A stretch of 64,000 nt of DNA from Nemertoderma westbladi (taxonomy: Eukaryota; Animalia; Xenacoelomorpha). Of the stretch, positions 59,801-64,000 are shown one piece after another; the first letter of the stretch is position 1, and every line of letters begins with the position of its first letter. The DNA lies in contig JAUCBJ010007175.1 in NCBI GenBank assembly GCA_032718475.1, positions 1 to 64,000 of the forward strand, read 5' to 3'. The position numbers were made by a program, and so were the translations under genes. The notes beneath the pieces were generated by a model. The model was not told the DNA's origin, made no database searches, and worked only from the letters and a program-made list of their open reading frames with translations.

Positions 59801-60956
59801 CATATTCCGATTTAATATAATATGTCACATTATTTGGTCGTTTTATTGACATCTATCCACCAACTTACTAAGGCGAGTCCTTATTGTCCTACCGGCATCA
59901 GTCCATCCCAGATCTCCAATATGTTGTTTTAACCGCGACCTGGTACTAATTTATTGGTCTTTCTGGAACTTCTTTATTATTTTAATATCTAAGCCAACAA
60001 TATTATACCTGATTTCAGATGAATAAATGAGTTATTAGATATAGAAATTTCAGTGCTGTTATCAACTGACGGAAGTCAGTAAGTTGTTGGTGATACTTAC
60101 TAATAATTGGTTTACGCCATATCGTCATGGTTATTGTCGTCTATTCATAGATTTACAATAAAATAAACTGGAAATTATTGAATTGTTGTACTTTTTAGAT
60201 CGCAGAAGCGTTGAAACGCCGAGCTGAAGAGGTTAGGATAGAAGCCGAGGGATTTTTGGATAAAGCCAAAGTTATAGATGAAGATGTGGTTGAAGCCGAG
60301 GAGACACGGCTGAAAGTCTACGAAACACATCGGATTATTGATGACGTCATTGACCTCACTCTAGAAACACAAAGTTAGTCTGATTATAATTAGGCCGCGC
60401 TATTGATTTCCGGTTATATTTACTTTGAATCGAACATAATCGAAAAACATCGATAAAACCGTATGGTGTAAAAATATCGGGATTATAAACATTTGGTGAG
60501 TAGCTAGCCATGCATAGTGAAGTGCACAGAGAGCGCGAGCAGTTTTATTACATATATTTATCCCTTTAGTTAGAATATTATGTTGTAATTTACTAGCTTC
60601 AGCACGCAGTTGCAAAATAACTTGTCACTGTATTTCTCAACCCATATTATATATTTTATATAATATTATATTTCAAAACATAACAAATATTTACAGTATT
60701 TGCGATTTATTTACTTGATATATTTTTAACTTGTATTGTATATAGATACATATTGTCGCACAATGCTCATTTCTCCTTTGCACTAAAAATCGTAAATATC
60801 CGCCGAATTTTTGCAGAACGAGTAGATGAGGATTTGGCTTCATTGAACGAAACATATAAGGAGATCACAAGGAGATTAAATCAACTTCAGGGGGAAAAAA
60901 TTACAGATTTAAAAAAGAAAATAGCATCTAATGAACAAAGGGCGGATGATGTAAAG
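2740..60956 (+). CDS. LAMB1: Laminin beta chain gene, partial at both ends, 23 exons in window
   Basis: Spliced translation gives LN end (PYSREVTDWITVTNLRLRFLKLFTLGD...[21 protein letters not shown]), LE repeats, LF domain, CGQCFTNWD, coiled coil and the beta-specific knob (VCGSGSPYCNPACGGAGC). Intron phases match at every junction once the three +1 bases in exons 11-12 are discounted. The exact paralog cannot be resolved. Confidence 0.95.
3150..10513. repeat. 20-bp satellite (GAGTACCCGGTTACTAATTT) with higher-order blocks, interrupted at about 9746-10370
   Basis: About 6.6 kb of 20-bp units; variant clusters such as TTCAAGTTCTAGG recur at 3729, 4766 and 6667; the array resumes briefly at about 10374-10513. 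Confidence 0.97.
9746..10370 (-). mobile_element. 3' fragment of a LINE related to the 46.4-48.1 kb element, inserted in the satellite
   Basis: (TAA)n tail at about 9746-9758; ORF 9909-10265 (FDDY..PSLESLVT..SIL..KHQCIHDYF) aligns by eye with the C-terminus of ORF 47359-47970 (FDDY..PCITSLVT..SIL..RHECILDFY). Confidence 0.75.
10959..11199 (+). CDS. LAMB1: Laminin beta exon 2 (LN end and first LE)
   Basis: ag|TG TTG GAC ATG AAG TAT...AGG AG|gttagt; [24 protein letters not shown]...[24 protein letters not shown]. Confidence 0.93.
11572..11645 (+). mobile_element. tRNA-derived SINE head or tRNA pseudogene (Gly-like)
   Basis: A-box TAGCTGAATGG and B-box AGTTCGATCC; CTTCCAA loop; acceptor and T stems do not pair. 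Confidence 0.55.
11964..12270. repeat. (GGTC)n microsatellite
   Basis: About 65 near-perfect copies, decaying into (GTCC)n about 50 bp before the exon 3 acceptor. Confidence 0.98.
12319..12485 (+). CDS. LAMB1: Laminin beta exon 3 (LE)
   Basis: ccttttag|A TGC GAC TGT AAT GAC CAC; CDCNDHAVSCTFDEELWERSNQTSGGRC...CEDCQPFYY. Confidence 0.92.
12927..13065 (+). CDS. LAMB1: Laminin beta exon 4 (LE)
   Basis: cccag|AT...AAA CG|gtgggt; DPCLPCDCYFYGT...AGNCPCKKNTQGKR. Confidence 0.9.
13123..13390 (+). mobile_element. tRNA-derived SINE with a conserved-looking central domain
   Basis: A-box TGGTCTAGTGG, B-box GGTTCGATCCC, central GCTTTCATCCTTCAGTAGTCGATAAATGGGAACCA, 3' CATTCATT. Confidence 0.75.
13560..14150 (-). 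mobile_element. RTE-clade LINE fragment, internally deleted
   Basis: GVLQGDTLAPFLFIIVVDYVLR and RLRFAGHCFRR...LVLWQP; (TAG)n tail near 13560. Confidence 0.85.
14448..14573 (+). CDS. LAMB1: Laminin beta exon 5 (LE)
   Basis: tttttag|G TGC...GAA TG|gtaagt; CDECKPGYWDLGKGRPDGCKACSC. Confidence 0.92.
14654..14723. mobile_element. 70-bp hAT-like mini-MITE
   Basis: TIR CAGGGCCGGATTA / TAATCCGGCCCTC; 8-bp TSD CAATCACC at 14646-14653 and 14724-14731. Confidence 0.85.
15038..16236. mobile_element. Tc1/mariner (Tc2-like) non-autonomous element with an internal G-rich 19-20 bp minisatellite at 15072-15858
   Basis: TA|CCGTATTTACTCGAATAAGAG ... CTCTTATTCGAGTAAATACGG|TA; unit GGGGGAGGCGTTTATTC. Confidence 0.88.
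16444..16599 (+). CDS. LAMB1: Laminin beta exon 6 (LE)
   Basis: tttcag|C ACC TGT...TGC GA|gtaagt; CDTCKSGYFGLSNSTDGCQFCDCFLGGA. Confidence 0.92.
19311..23035 (+). mobile_element. Non-LTR retrotransposon (LINE), probably 5'-truncated, with intact ORF2
   Basis: Flanked by GAATAT at 19305-19310 and 23036-23041; (TTGAA)n tail; contains the 1083-aa APE-RT ORF. Confidence 0.92.
19501..22752 (+). CDS. LINE ORF2: APE endonuclease and reverse transcriptase
   Basis: APE motifs YNCRG, VQEHW, YIDH, SDHVPV; RT motifs LDVEAAFDNV, GVKQGSLLSPLLF, YADD, KFLG; no stops. The true start codon is uncertain. Confidence 0.95.
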   Translation: MITLIRNIVAVVHAGHIASLVDATMVSTGNQIKVIILSTPIDATKTAAQQKGIRNSVMIGGTFSETHSDVPPAQHIPLKVTTYNCRGFHSASDYILYLMQTADVVAVQEHWLDSIEAKELLMDLHHKFKCVYTVCHLMDNPHRKRGAGGVSLWYNIDRFTSVSSIKSSDDIVGVIANIPGHVNSFLILSCYAPDASKSTTLYEDYLGRLDSIIKQHHDSIPIILSDANSDVGPLQGPRFLRTTATIRGEMLNSFLSSNYYICADTTSKFTGPCITFRGRGHSYIDHIITSETGMSFLSNGTVYEEDPVRNDSDHVPVTATFRLPTNKQSRKFCDTNLISTLRFAWDKVTSEQTENYNQLVDSGINIIRSGFPHHTKWSRDELEMFTTGVKDTIFQSAKAIFPIIKVHRRSKNLRIRSNQIKERSKTTHQLYNLWCGEGKDESSTYGQAFKESKRAGRRLKNWLSKNLVSNAVNSRSKLLRRDPKKFWNSFKPKSSQEPPASVQQNIRSNMSKTHKEDTDYIKSLSQLIDEVQEASNTADLPTVSPLTIKRAVSILSKGKAPDINSLVVEHIISINPELICEVLADIINASFRLGEVPQLFGETIVTHLHKGKGRDPLHPKSYRRIATVNLFAKVFESVLLSEFLPIHDIIPPSQLAYQKRTGSDLIIGALLECLETQRRKGVSVYICQLDVEAAFDNVEYLTLFSKLRHHINPFICLSLLAYYRCTIAFLKFGSTVSTDGIPLKRGVKQGSLLSPLLFNFYTGGTLGALNSAGFGHSLADGWLGSICYADDILLIGKSAQEIEDQLIIVTENLAKVQLTIEESKTRWMCILGYGRHERDITTFLNVNGRLVPCSQSIKFLGFKLHFNPRALSDCIQTIASISESFHRNDWTVRWLNTATLSHLWSSIAIPCILYSVKFLVGSLTDTELTKLEVYYRRILRGLLHLGNYAGNQIVYKLMKCNPITSDAFAASLGTILRVPRCPKSNLHITLSFLTQLNSQTSNSLYIGPGSTCNNCRRLFPIPPISPLLNYDYSKPELLSRFKPGALTPGETANYEFIRQCYDHSGATFDHKHTRILEFFDIPH
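24990..25420. repeat. Probable non-autonomous DNA element with inverted subterminal repeats
   Basis: GCAATCTTCGCCCGCAG repeats at about 25075-25230, with inverted copies (GGGCGAAGATTGC) at about 25327-25370; ends not resolved. Confidence 0.55.
26097..26214 (+). CDS. LAMB1: Laminin beta exon 7 (LE to LF domain start)
   Basis: cacag|A TGC CGA...CAG|gtcaga; CRPNMMGRRCDEVRPGNYIPDVDNYLVEAE. Confidence 0.9.
26370..26800. mobile_element. Dispersed non-autonomous repeat; a second, inverted copy lies at about 50250-50960
   Basis: CTCGAGGCATTTTATTTACCGAG...AAAGTTGCAATAACTTTTGAGTGTGTGAATGGATTT matches the reverse complement of 50480-50950. Confidence 0.8.
27109..27348 (+). CDS. LAMB1: Laminin beta exon 8 (LF/domain IV)
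   Basis: atacag|AAG GTG...TTA CAG|gtacgt; 240 bp, phase 0/0; LLPGEPLTFVISDLP...YKVLIRF. Confidence 0.82.
27330..29785 (+). repeat. 43/45-bp minisatellite seeded on the exon 8 donor junction
   Basis: Unit ACGTACGTCATAGAGGCATTACAGACCTCGTTACCTAGGTTACAG contains the exon end CTCGTTACCTAGGTTACAG and the intron start GTACGT. Confidence 0.95.
27608..28531. mobile_element. Non-autonomous TIR element (CCCAG ends, 2-bp TA TSD; possibly EnSpm/CMC-like) inserted in the 45-bp array
   Basis: accTA|CCCAGTGAAAAATGCGCATGCGTATCGCAAG ... CTTGCGATACGCTTGCGCACTTTTCACTGGG|TAggtt restores an intact array unit when removed. Confidence 0.9.
29953..30188 (+). CDS. LAMB1: Laminin beta exon 9 (LF/domain IV)
   Basis: tttacag|ACA...CTG CA|gtgagt; LCLKPSRRY...IDSVVALP...FNELNCLQ. 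Confidence 0.87.
30250..30872 (-). mobile_element. 3' fragment of a CRE-like non-LTR retrotransposon (restriction-like endonuclease domain)
   Basis: ARLDMSVSGF...FSDVSAFNP...EARKCRKY...FTPLILSAFGGM is the RxD..D..K..KY RLE pattern. Confidence 0.8.
31000..31482. mobile_element. Mutator-like non-autonomous element with 15-bp subterminal repeats (GGGGACGAAAAGTCC)
   Basis: 9-bp TSD ATGTGGAAT at 30991-30999 and 31483-31491; imperfect TIR GGATATAGGACGTTTCGTC / GACGAAATGTCCGTATACC. Confidence 0.87.
31750..32060 (+). CDS. LAMB1: Laminin beta exon 10 (LF end and LE)
   Basis: acaag|G TTT TGG...GAT A|gtaagt; [34 protein letters not shown]. Confidence 0.92.
32050..32158 (+). repeat. Two-copy (about 48 bp) duplication of the exon 10 donor junction
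   Basis: GTGTAAAGATA|GTAAGTTTGTACAGTAGTTTAGTAGTAGACCT occurs twice, followed by a partial third GTGTAAAG. Confidence 0.92.
32306..32605 (+). CDS. LAMB1: Laminin beta exon 11 (LE), one apparent +1 frameshift near 32390
   Basis: cgtag|AT ATC GTT GGT; FPTCVACDC in one frame, then ADSCDPVSGSCIGCSENTAGKQC...CPGRPGSGRYFADSC in the next frame; AAG|gtaacg. Confidence 0.88.
33319..33592 (+). CDS. LAMB1: Laminin beta exon 12 (LE), two apparent +1 frameshifts and a TAA; donor at 33593 or 33629
   Basis: atacag|GAG TTG CGA TGC; CSPGYQGNECDQCVPGYYGNP / SCSKCFCNDN / GCDASSGACRNCRGNTEGRECERCVPGFWG...CKPCGCS; phase-2 end GGA TC matches the next exon. Confidence 0.82.
33562..34200 (+). repeat. 35-bp tandem array seeded on the exon 12 donor junction (18 copies)
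   Basis: Unit CGTGCGGATGCAGTAAACTAGGATC|GTAAGTAAAC; GTAAGT every 35 bp from 33629 to 34189. Confidence 0.97.
34199..34525. mobile_element. Penelope-like or retrozyme remnant with two inverted, degenerate hammerhead motifs
   Basis: Inverted arms at about 34220-34274 and 34364-34420; candidate 13-bp TSD ATCGTAAGTAAAC at 34186-34198 and 34526-34538. Confidence 0.65.
34573..34715 (+). mobile_element. Degenerate tRNA-derived SINE
   Basis: TGGTGTTGTGGTT, GGGTTCGATCCC, then TAAATGAGTACTGGGGATTCC. Confidence 0.5.
34810..36960 (+). mobile_element. Degenerate BEL/Pao LTR retrotransposon gag-protease fragment
   Basis: KFYGDELKW...LSDGEKLRFLIDCLEG...ERYGN (DUF1759-like); three zinc knuckles at about 36020-36210 (CSLCKETH..C, CFVCLQSRH..C, CPKCSERH); ALMDT; RTRIGW; many frameshifts. 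Confidence 0.85.
37080..37172 (+). CDS. LAMB1: Laminin beta exon 13 (LE)
   Basis: tttacag|A CAA TGC...AAA AG|gttagt; CDIRSGVCDCLPNVEGKLCKR. Confidence 0.92.
37943..38118 (+). CDS. LAMB1: Laminin beta exon 14 (LE)
   Basis: gtatag|A TGC CAA...TGG G|gtaagt; CQPCDCSPQGSLTPDCNQLEGHCDCRPGFGGRTCTEC. Confidence 0.94.
38105..43550 (+). repeat. 5.4-kb 20/28-bp satellite seeded on the exon 14 donor junction
   Basis: Unit TAATGGACAATGGG|GTAAGT(TAATGTTG) matches the exon end TAATGGACAGTGGG plus the intron start GTAAGTTAATGTTG. Confidence 0.97.
43628..43823 (+). CDS. LAMB1: Laminin beta exon 15 (last LE)
   Basis: attag|GT GAT CCA...GAT AA|gtaagt; GDPSVGCKPCGCDPSGS...CGQCFTNWDD. Confidence 0.93.
44428..44647 (+). 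CDS. LAMB1: Laminin beta exon 16 (coiled coil)
   Basis: cgcag|G ATA GAA...TTG|gttaga; IEDLVNATRATIERSKNF...GAYDRELAELE. Confidence 0.88.
44786..45004 (+). CDS. LAMB1: Laminin beta exon 17 (coiled coil)
   Basis: ttacag|GAT GAC...AAG|gttagt; heptad pattern, SDAEGAIRVLEEA. Confidence 0.88.
45078..45413. mobile_element. Small TIR element with a duplicated 52-bp right end
   Basis: GCCCATGTGAGGAATACCAG / CTGGTATTCTTCACATGGGC; candidate 8-bp TSD CCAAAGTG at 45070-45077 and 45414-45421. Confidence 0.6.
45471..45747 (+). CDS. LAMB1: Laminin beta exon 18 (coiled coil and beta-knob)
   Basis: ctgtag|GTT GAT...GCA G|gtatca; LNRDVCGSGSPYCNPACGGAGCPVQCGG. Confidence 0.92.
46015..48560. mobile_element. 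Foldback/MITE with about 370-bp imperfect inverted arms (46015-46388 and 48172-48560) hosting a LINE
   Basis: AATTGTTTTTAAATTTCAATCATATTTTACGAAATTTG is inverted at 48495-48532; TTCTAGAATATTAATTA is inverted at 48173-48189. Confidence 0.82.
46395..48145 (+). mobile_element. 5'-truncated LINE (RT and C-terminus, one frameshift near 47330-47360)
   Basis: NYRGISISS, IDLSAAFDCVNH, GVREGGVLS, YADD, RYLG; (TGAA)n tail at 48132-48144. Confidence 0.92.
48780..48931 (+). CDS. LAMB1: Laminin beta exon 19 (coiled coil)
   Basis: ctgtag|AC AAA GGG...CAG|gtctgt; GSKPMADIAKKKVEEAEGHV; phases 1/0 fit. Confidence 0.85.
52580..53064. mobile_element. Penelope-like inverted pseudo-LTR insertion with perfect 120-bp arms
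   Basis: Arms 52580-52699 and 52945-53064 read as exact reverse complements; each holds a hammerhead motif. Confidence 0.8.
52952..52995 (+). ncRNA. Minimal type I hammerhead ribozyme motif; identical copy on the minus strand at 52649-52692
   Basis: TATCA CTGAAGA C GTGTG-TTAA-TACAC GAAA TGGCCA TA^ TGATA; stems I and II pair and stem III is the palindrome ATGGCCAT. Confidence 0.8.
53350..55290. repeat. Non-coding interspersed element with about 465-bp internal tandem duplication
   Basis: AAAATTGGCTCGATCGG.CAACCGGTTCTCGAGATC at about 53955 and 54420, with a diverged third copy at about 54880; GATC-rich; family not identified. Confidence 0.6.
55859..57328 (+). mobile_element. Non-autonomous Helitron-like element
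   Basis: 3' hairpin CGGGCC-GCTA-GGCCCG (57306-57321) then CTAG|T; (CTGA)n near a tentative TC 5' end. Confidence 0.65.
57741..57866 (+). CDS. LAMB1: Laminin beta exon 20 (coiled coil)
   Basis: attag|GTC GCC TAT...CAG|gtgagt; 126 bp open, phase 0/0. Confidence 0.8.
59442..59588 (+). CDS. LAMB1: Laminin beta exon 21 (coiled coil)
   Basis: ctgtag|ATA ATA GAG...TCG|gttaga; IIELAEEALNRSIDISPEVLANLSASINETVSALENIDDIL. Confidence 0.88.
60199..60373 (+). CDS. LAMB1: Laminin beta exon 22 (coiled coil)
   Basis: tttttag|ATC GCA GAA...CAA A|gttagt; IAEALKRRAEEVRIEAE. Confidence 0.86.
60817..60956 (+). CDS. LAMB1: Laminin beta exon 23 (coiled coil); gene continues beyond the window
   Basis: ttgcag|AA CGA GTA...AAG|gtcagt; RVDEDLASLNETYKEITRRLNQLQGEKITDLKKKIASNEQRADDVK. 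Confidence 0.86.
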
Positions 60957-60992
60957 GTCAGTTACTAAGGTTACTAATCTTTTGTAAACAAC

Positions 60993-61922
60993 TCTGCCAT
61001 GCAATGTGAAAAGTCACAACATATGTATAGTGTTACAAAGGAGAAAGACCGTGAGGGCAATACAAAAGACCGCAATTACTTAAACTTATGGAGAAAAACG
61101 TAAGTCAACAAAACTTGCGGTTTTTTGTCATTGCATATAATAATAAGAAAACGCACATACGGTTTTATTGAAATTTGTGTCTTTTGACTTGCGGTTTTTT
61201 ACAATTTGCAGAAAAGGCGCGAAATTCAAAATTGAAATTTCACCAAGTGACTTGCGGTGTTTTATCATCATGTCTGTATGCTACGGAGTTAGAGCAGAAT
61301 TTAATGAGGATGTCAAATCTGAAAATTGCTTGGCGAGATCTGTTGGATGCATTTTCATTAATTACCTGAATAAGTCCTGATGGGAGAAAGCGAGATCGCT
61401 TTTAATTTTTGAGTTATCACTGTCTCTCCATGTCTGCCGGTCTGACCGTCAAAATTTAAGTTTAGACAGACAGCCAGAGACAGACCAATAGTCAGACAGC
61501 CTATATTGTACCGAACATAAAAATTGACATTGGAGATTAAATCACGGACTTTGAATCCCAATTATTATGGCTCTGTGGGGTATTTCCCCGTTCCCAAGTT
61601 TTTTTGGTTATGCAACCTCTTTCGAGTTATTTACAAATAAAAAACCGCAGGGGTCGGGAGGTGGTCCCCTCCCTCCTTAATTAGTGAATTAATTTACACA
61701 AATGCAAAAACACTGTAAGTACAAAAAATAACCCTGAAGTCAAAATATTAATGGAAAGTGAAAAATAATCACGTTGAAAAATTTCCCAACCCAATTGCGT
61801 AGGGTTATAAAAAATTTGTAATTTACGGACATTTTAACCAACAATCTGAAGGAAAACAGTAATTTGCGTTTTACTCGAAATGACCTTGTTTTCACTTGCG
61901 GTCTTTTCACATTTCACTGCAG
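60993..61922. mobile_element. Probable MITE
   Basis: Imperfect TIR CTGCCATGCAATGTGAAAAG / CTTTTCACATTTCACTGCAG; AAAAGACCGCAA subrepeats in both orientations. Confidence 0.5.
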
Positions 61923-62339
61923 AACTTATATTTATCTTAGTTTATGTTTCGCTAACATTCAGTAGGTTAATGTAAGTGTGGTTTACAATGTTGCTGTCAC
62001 ATGCAAATGTTCAAGTTTCAAGGTTAAATTCAGTTGTAACTTAAGCCTAATTTTTTTATCTCTACCCTATTATTAATTTTTAACACTGTAACTCAGCATT
62101 GAGTTACACCTAAGCGATTGGATCCATCGCAAGCCATAGTGATTATTCAAAAACCCCTCGACGTAATTCGACAACTAAACGGACAGTTTACTCCCTAAAA
62201 ATAGATTAATACTGCCAAAAATATGGCAGTATGTCTAACTTATTCATTAGGTTTGTGGCTTTTAAACCCCAATTTACGATAATATTTGATAAAAGGTAAT
62301 TATTATTATTGAAAATATAAGGGTTATATTTTTGAGTTT

Positions 62340-64000
62340 CATATACAGGAATATATTGATGTGTTTTATCGTATACAGGAATATATTTGTGTTTTATCAT
62401 ATACAGGAATATATTGATGTGTTTTATCGTATACAGGAATATATTGATGTGTTTTATCATATACAGGAATATATTTATGTGTTTTATCATATACAGGAAT
62501 ATATTTATGTGTTTTATCATATACAGGAATATATTTATGTGTTTTATCATATACAGGAATATATTGATGTGTTTTATCGTATACAGGAATATATTGATGT
62601 GTTTTATCATATACAGGAATATATTTATGTGTTTTATCATATACAGGAATATATTTATGTGTTTTATCATATACAGGAATATATTTATGTGTTTTATCAT
62701 ATACAGGAATATATTTATGTGTTTTATCATATACAGGAATATATTTATGTGTTTTATCATATACAGGAATATATTTATGTGTTTTATCATATACAGGAAT
62801 ATATTTATGTGTTTTATCATATACAGGAATATATTTATGTGTTTTATCGTATACAGGAATATATTTGTGTTTTATCATATACAGGAATATATTGATATGT
62901 TTTATCGTATACAGGAATATATTTATGTGTTTTATCATATACAGGAATATATTTATGTGTTTTATCATATACAGGAATATATTTATGTGTTTTATCATAT
63001 ACAGGAATATATTTATGTGTTTTATCATATACAGGAATATATTTATGTGTTTTATCATATACAGGAATATATTGATGTGTTTTATCGTATACAGGAATAT
63101 ATTGATATGTTTTATCGTATACAGGAATATATTTGTGTTTTATCATATACAGGAATATATTGATATGTTTTATCGTATACAGGAATATATTTATGTGTTT
63201 TATCATATACAGGAATATATTTATGTGTTTTATCATATACAGGAATATATTTATGTGTTTTATCATATACAGGAATATATTTATGTGTTTTATCATATAC
63301 AGGAATATATTTATGTGTTTTATCATATACAGGAATATATTTATGTGTTTTATCATATACAGGAATATATTTATGTGTTTTATCATATACAGGAATATAT
63401 TTATGTGTTTTATCATATACAGGAATATATTGATATGTTTTATCGTATACAGGAATATATTTATGTGTTTTATCATATACAGGAATATATTGATATGTTT
63501 TATCATATACAGGAATATATTTATGTGTTTTATCATATACAGGAATATATTGATGTGTTTTATCGTATACAGGAATATATTGATGTGTTTTATCATATAC
63601 AGGAATATATTTATGTGTTTTATCATATACAGGAATATATTTATGTGTTTTATCATATACAGGAATATATTTATGTGTTTTATCATATACAGGAATATAT
63701 TTATGTGTTTTATCATATACAGGAATATATTTATGTGTTTTATCATATACAGGAATATATTTATGTGTTTTATCATATACAGGAATATATTTATGTGTTT
63801 TATCATATACAGGAATATATTTATGTGTTTTATCATATACAGGAATATATTTATGTGTTTTATCATATACAGGAATATATTTATGTGTTTTATCATATAC
63901 AGGAATATATTTATGTGTTTTATCATATACAGGAATATATTTATGTGTTTTATCATATACAGGAATATATTTATGTGTTTTATCATATACAGGAATATAT
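62340..64000. repeat. 30-bp satellite running off the window end
   Basis: Unit GAATATATTTATGTGTTTTATCATATACAG with ATTGAT and ATCGT variants; about 55 copies. Confidence 0.97.

Noticed and set aside
62206-63986. Long MIKHINIFLY-type ORFs on both strands
   Set aside because: Translations of the 30-bp satellite; no independent gene structure.

Overview
Eukaryotic (invertebrate-type, AT-rich) genomic DNA. The window lies inside one large + strand laminin beta-chain gene (LAMB1/LanB1-like). I traced 23 GT-AG exons with consistent intron phases (2740-60956), running from the end of the LN domain through LE repeats, the LF/IV domain, more LE repeats, coiled coil and the beta-knob. The start and end of the gene lie outside the window. 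The introns hold satellites, LINEs (APE-RT, RTE, CRE-like, CR1/L2-like), a BEL/Pao remnant, MITEs, a Helitron-like element and tRNA-derived SINEs. Main observations: (1) at four exons the exon/intron 5' splice junction itself is the unit of a tandem array (2 to about 200 copies), and a fifth array at the window end looks like an amplified 3' splice acceptor. (2) An intronless antisense Ly6/uPAR-like nested gene is split by a young LINE and rejoins in frame across a 6-bp TSD. (3) Two inverted-repeat insertions carry type I minimal hammerhead ribozyme motifs of the Penelope-like-element kind. (4) Three +1 frameshifts and a stop cluster in two laminin exons and are probably consensus errors. All calls come from reading the sequence; no database searches were run.
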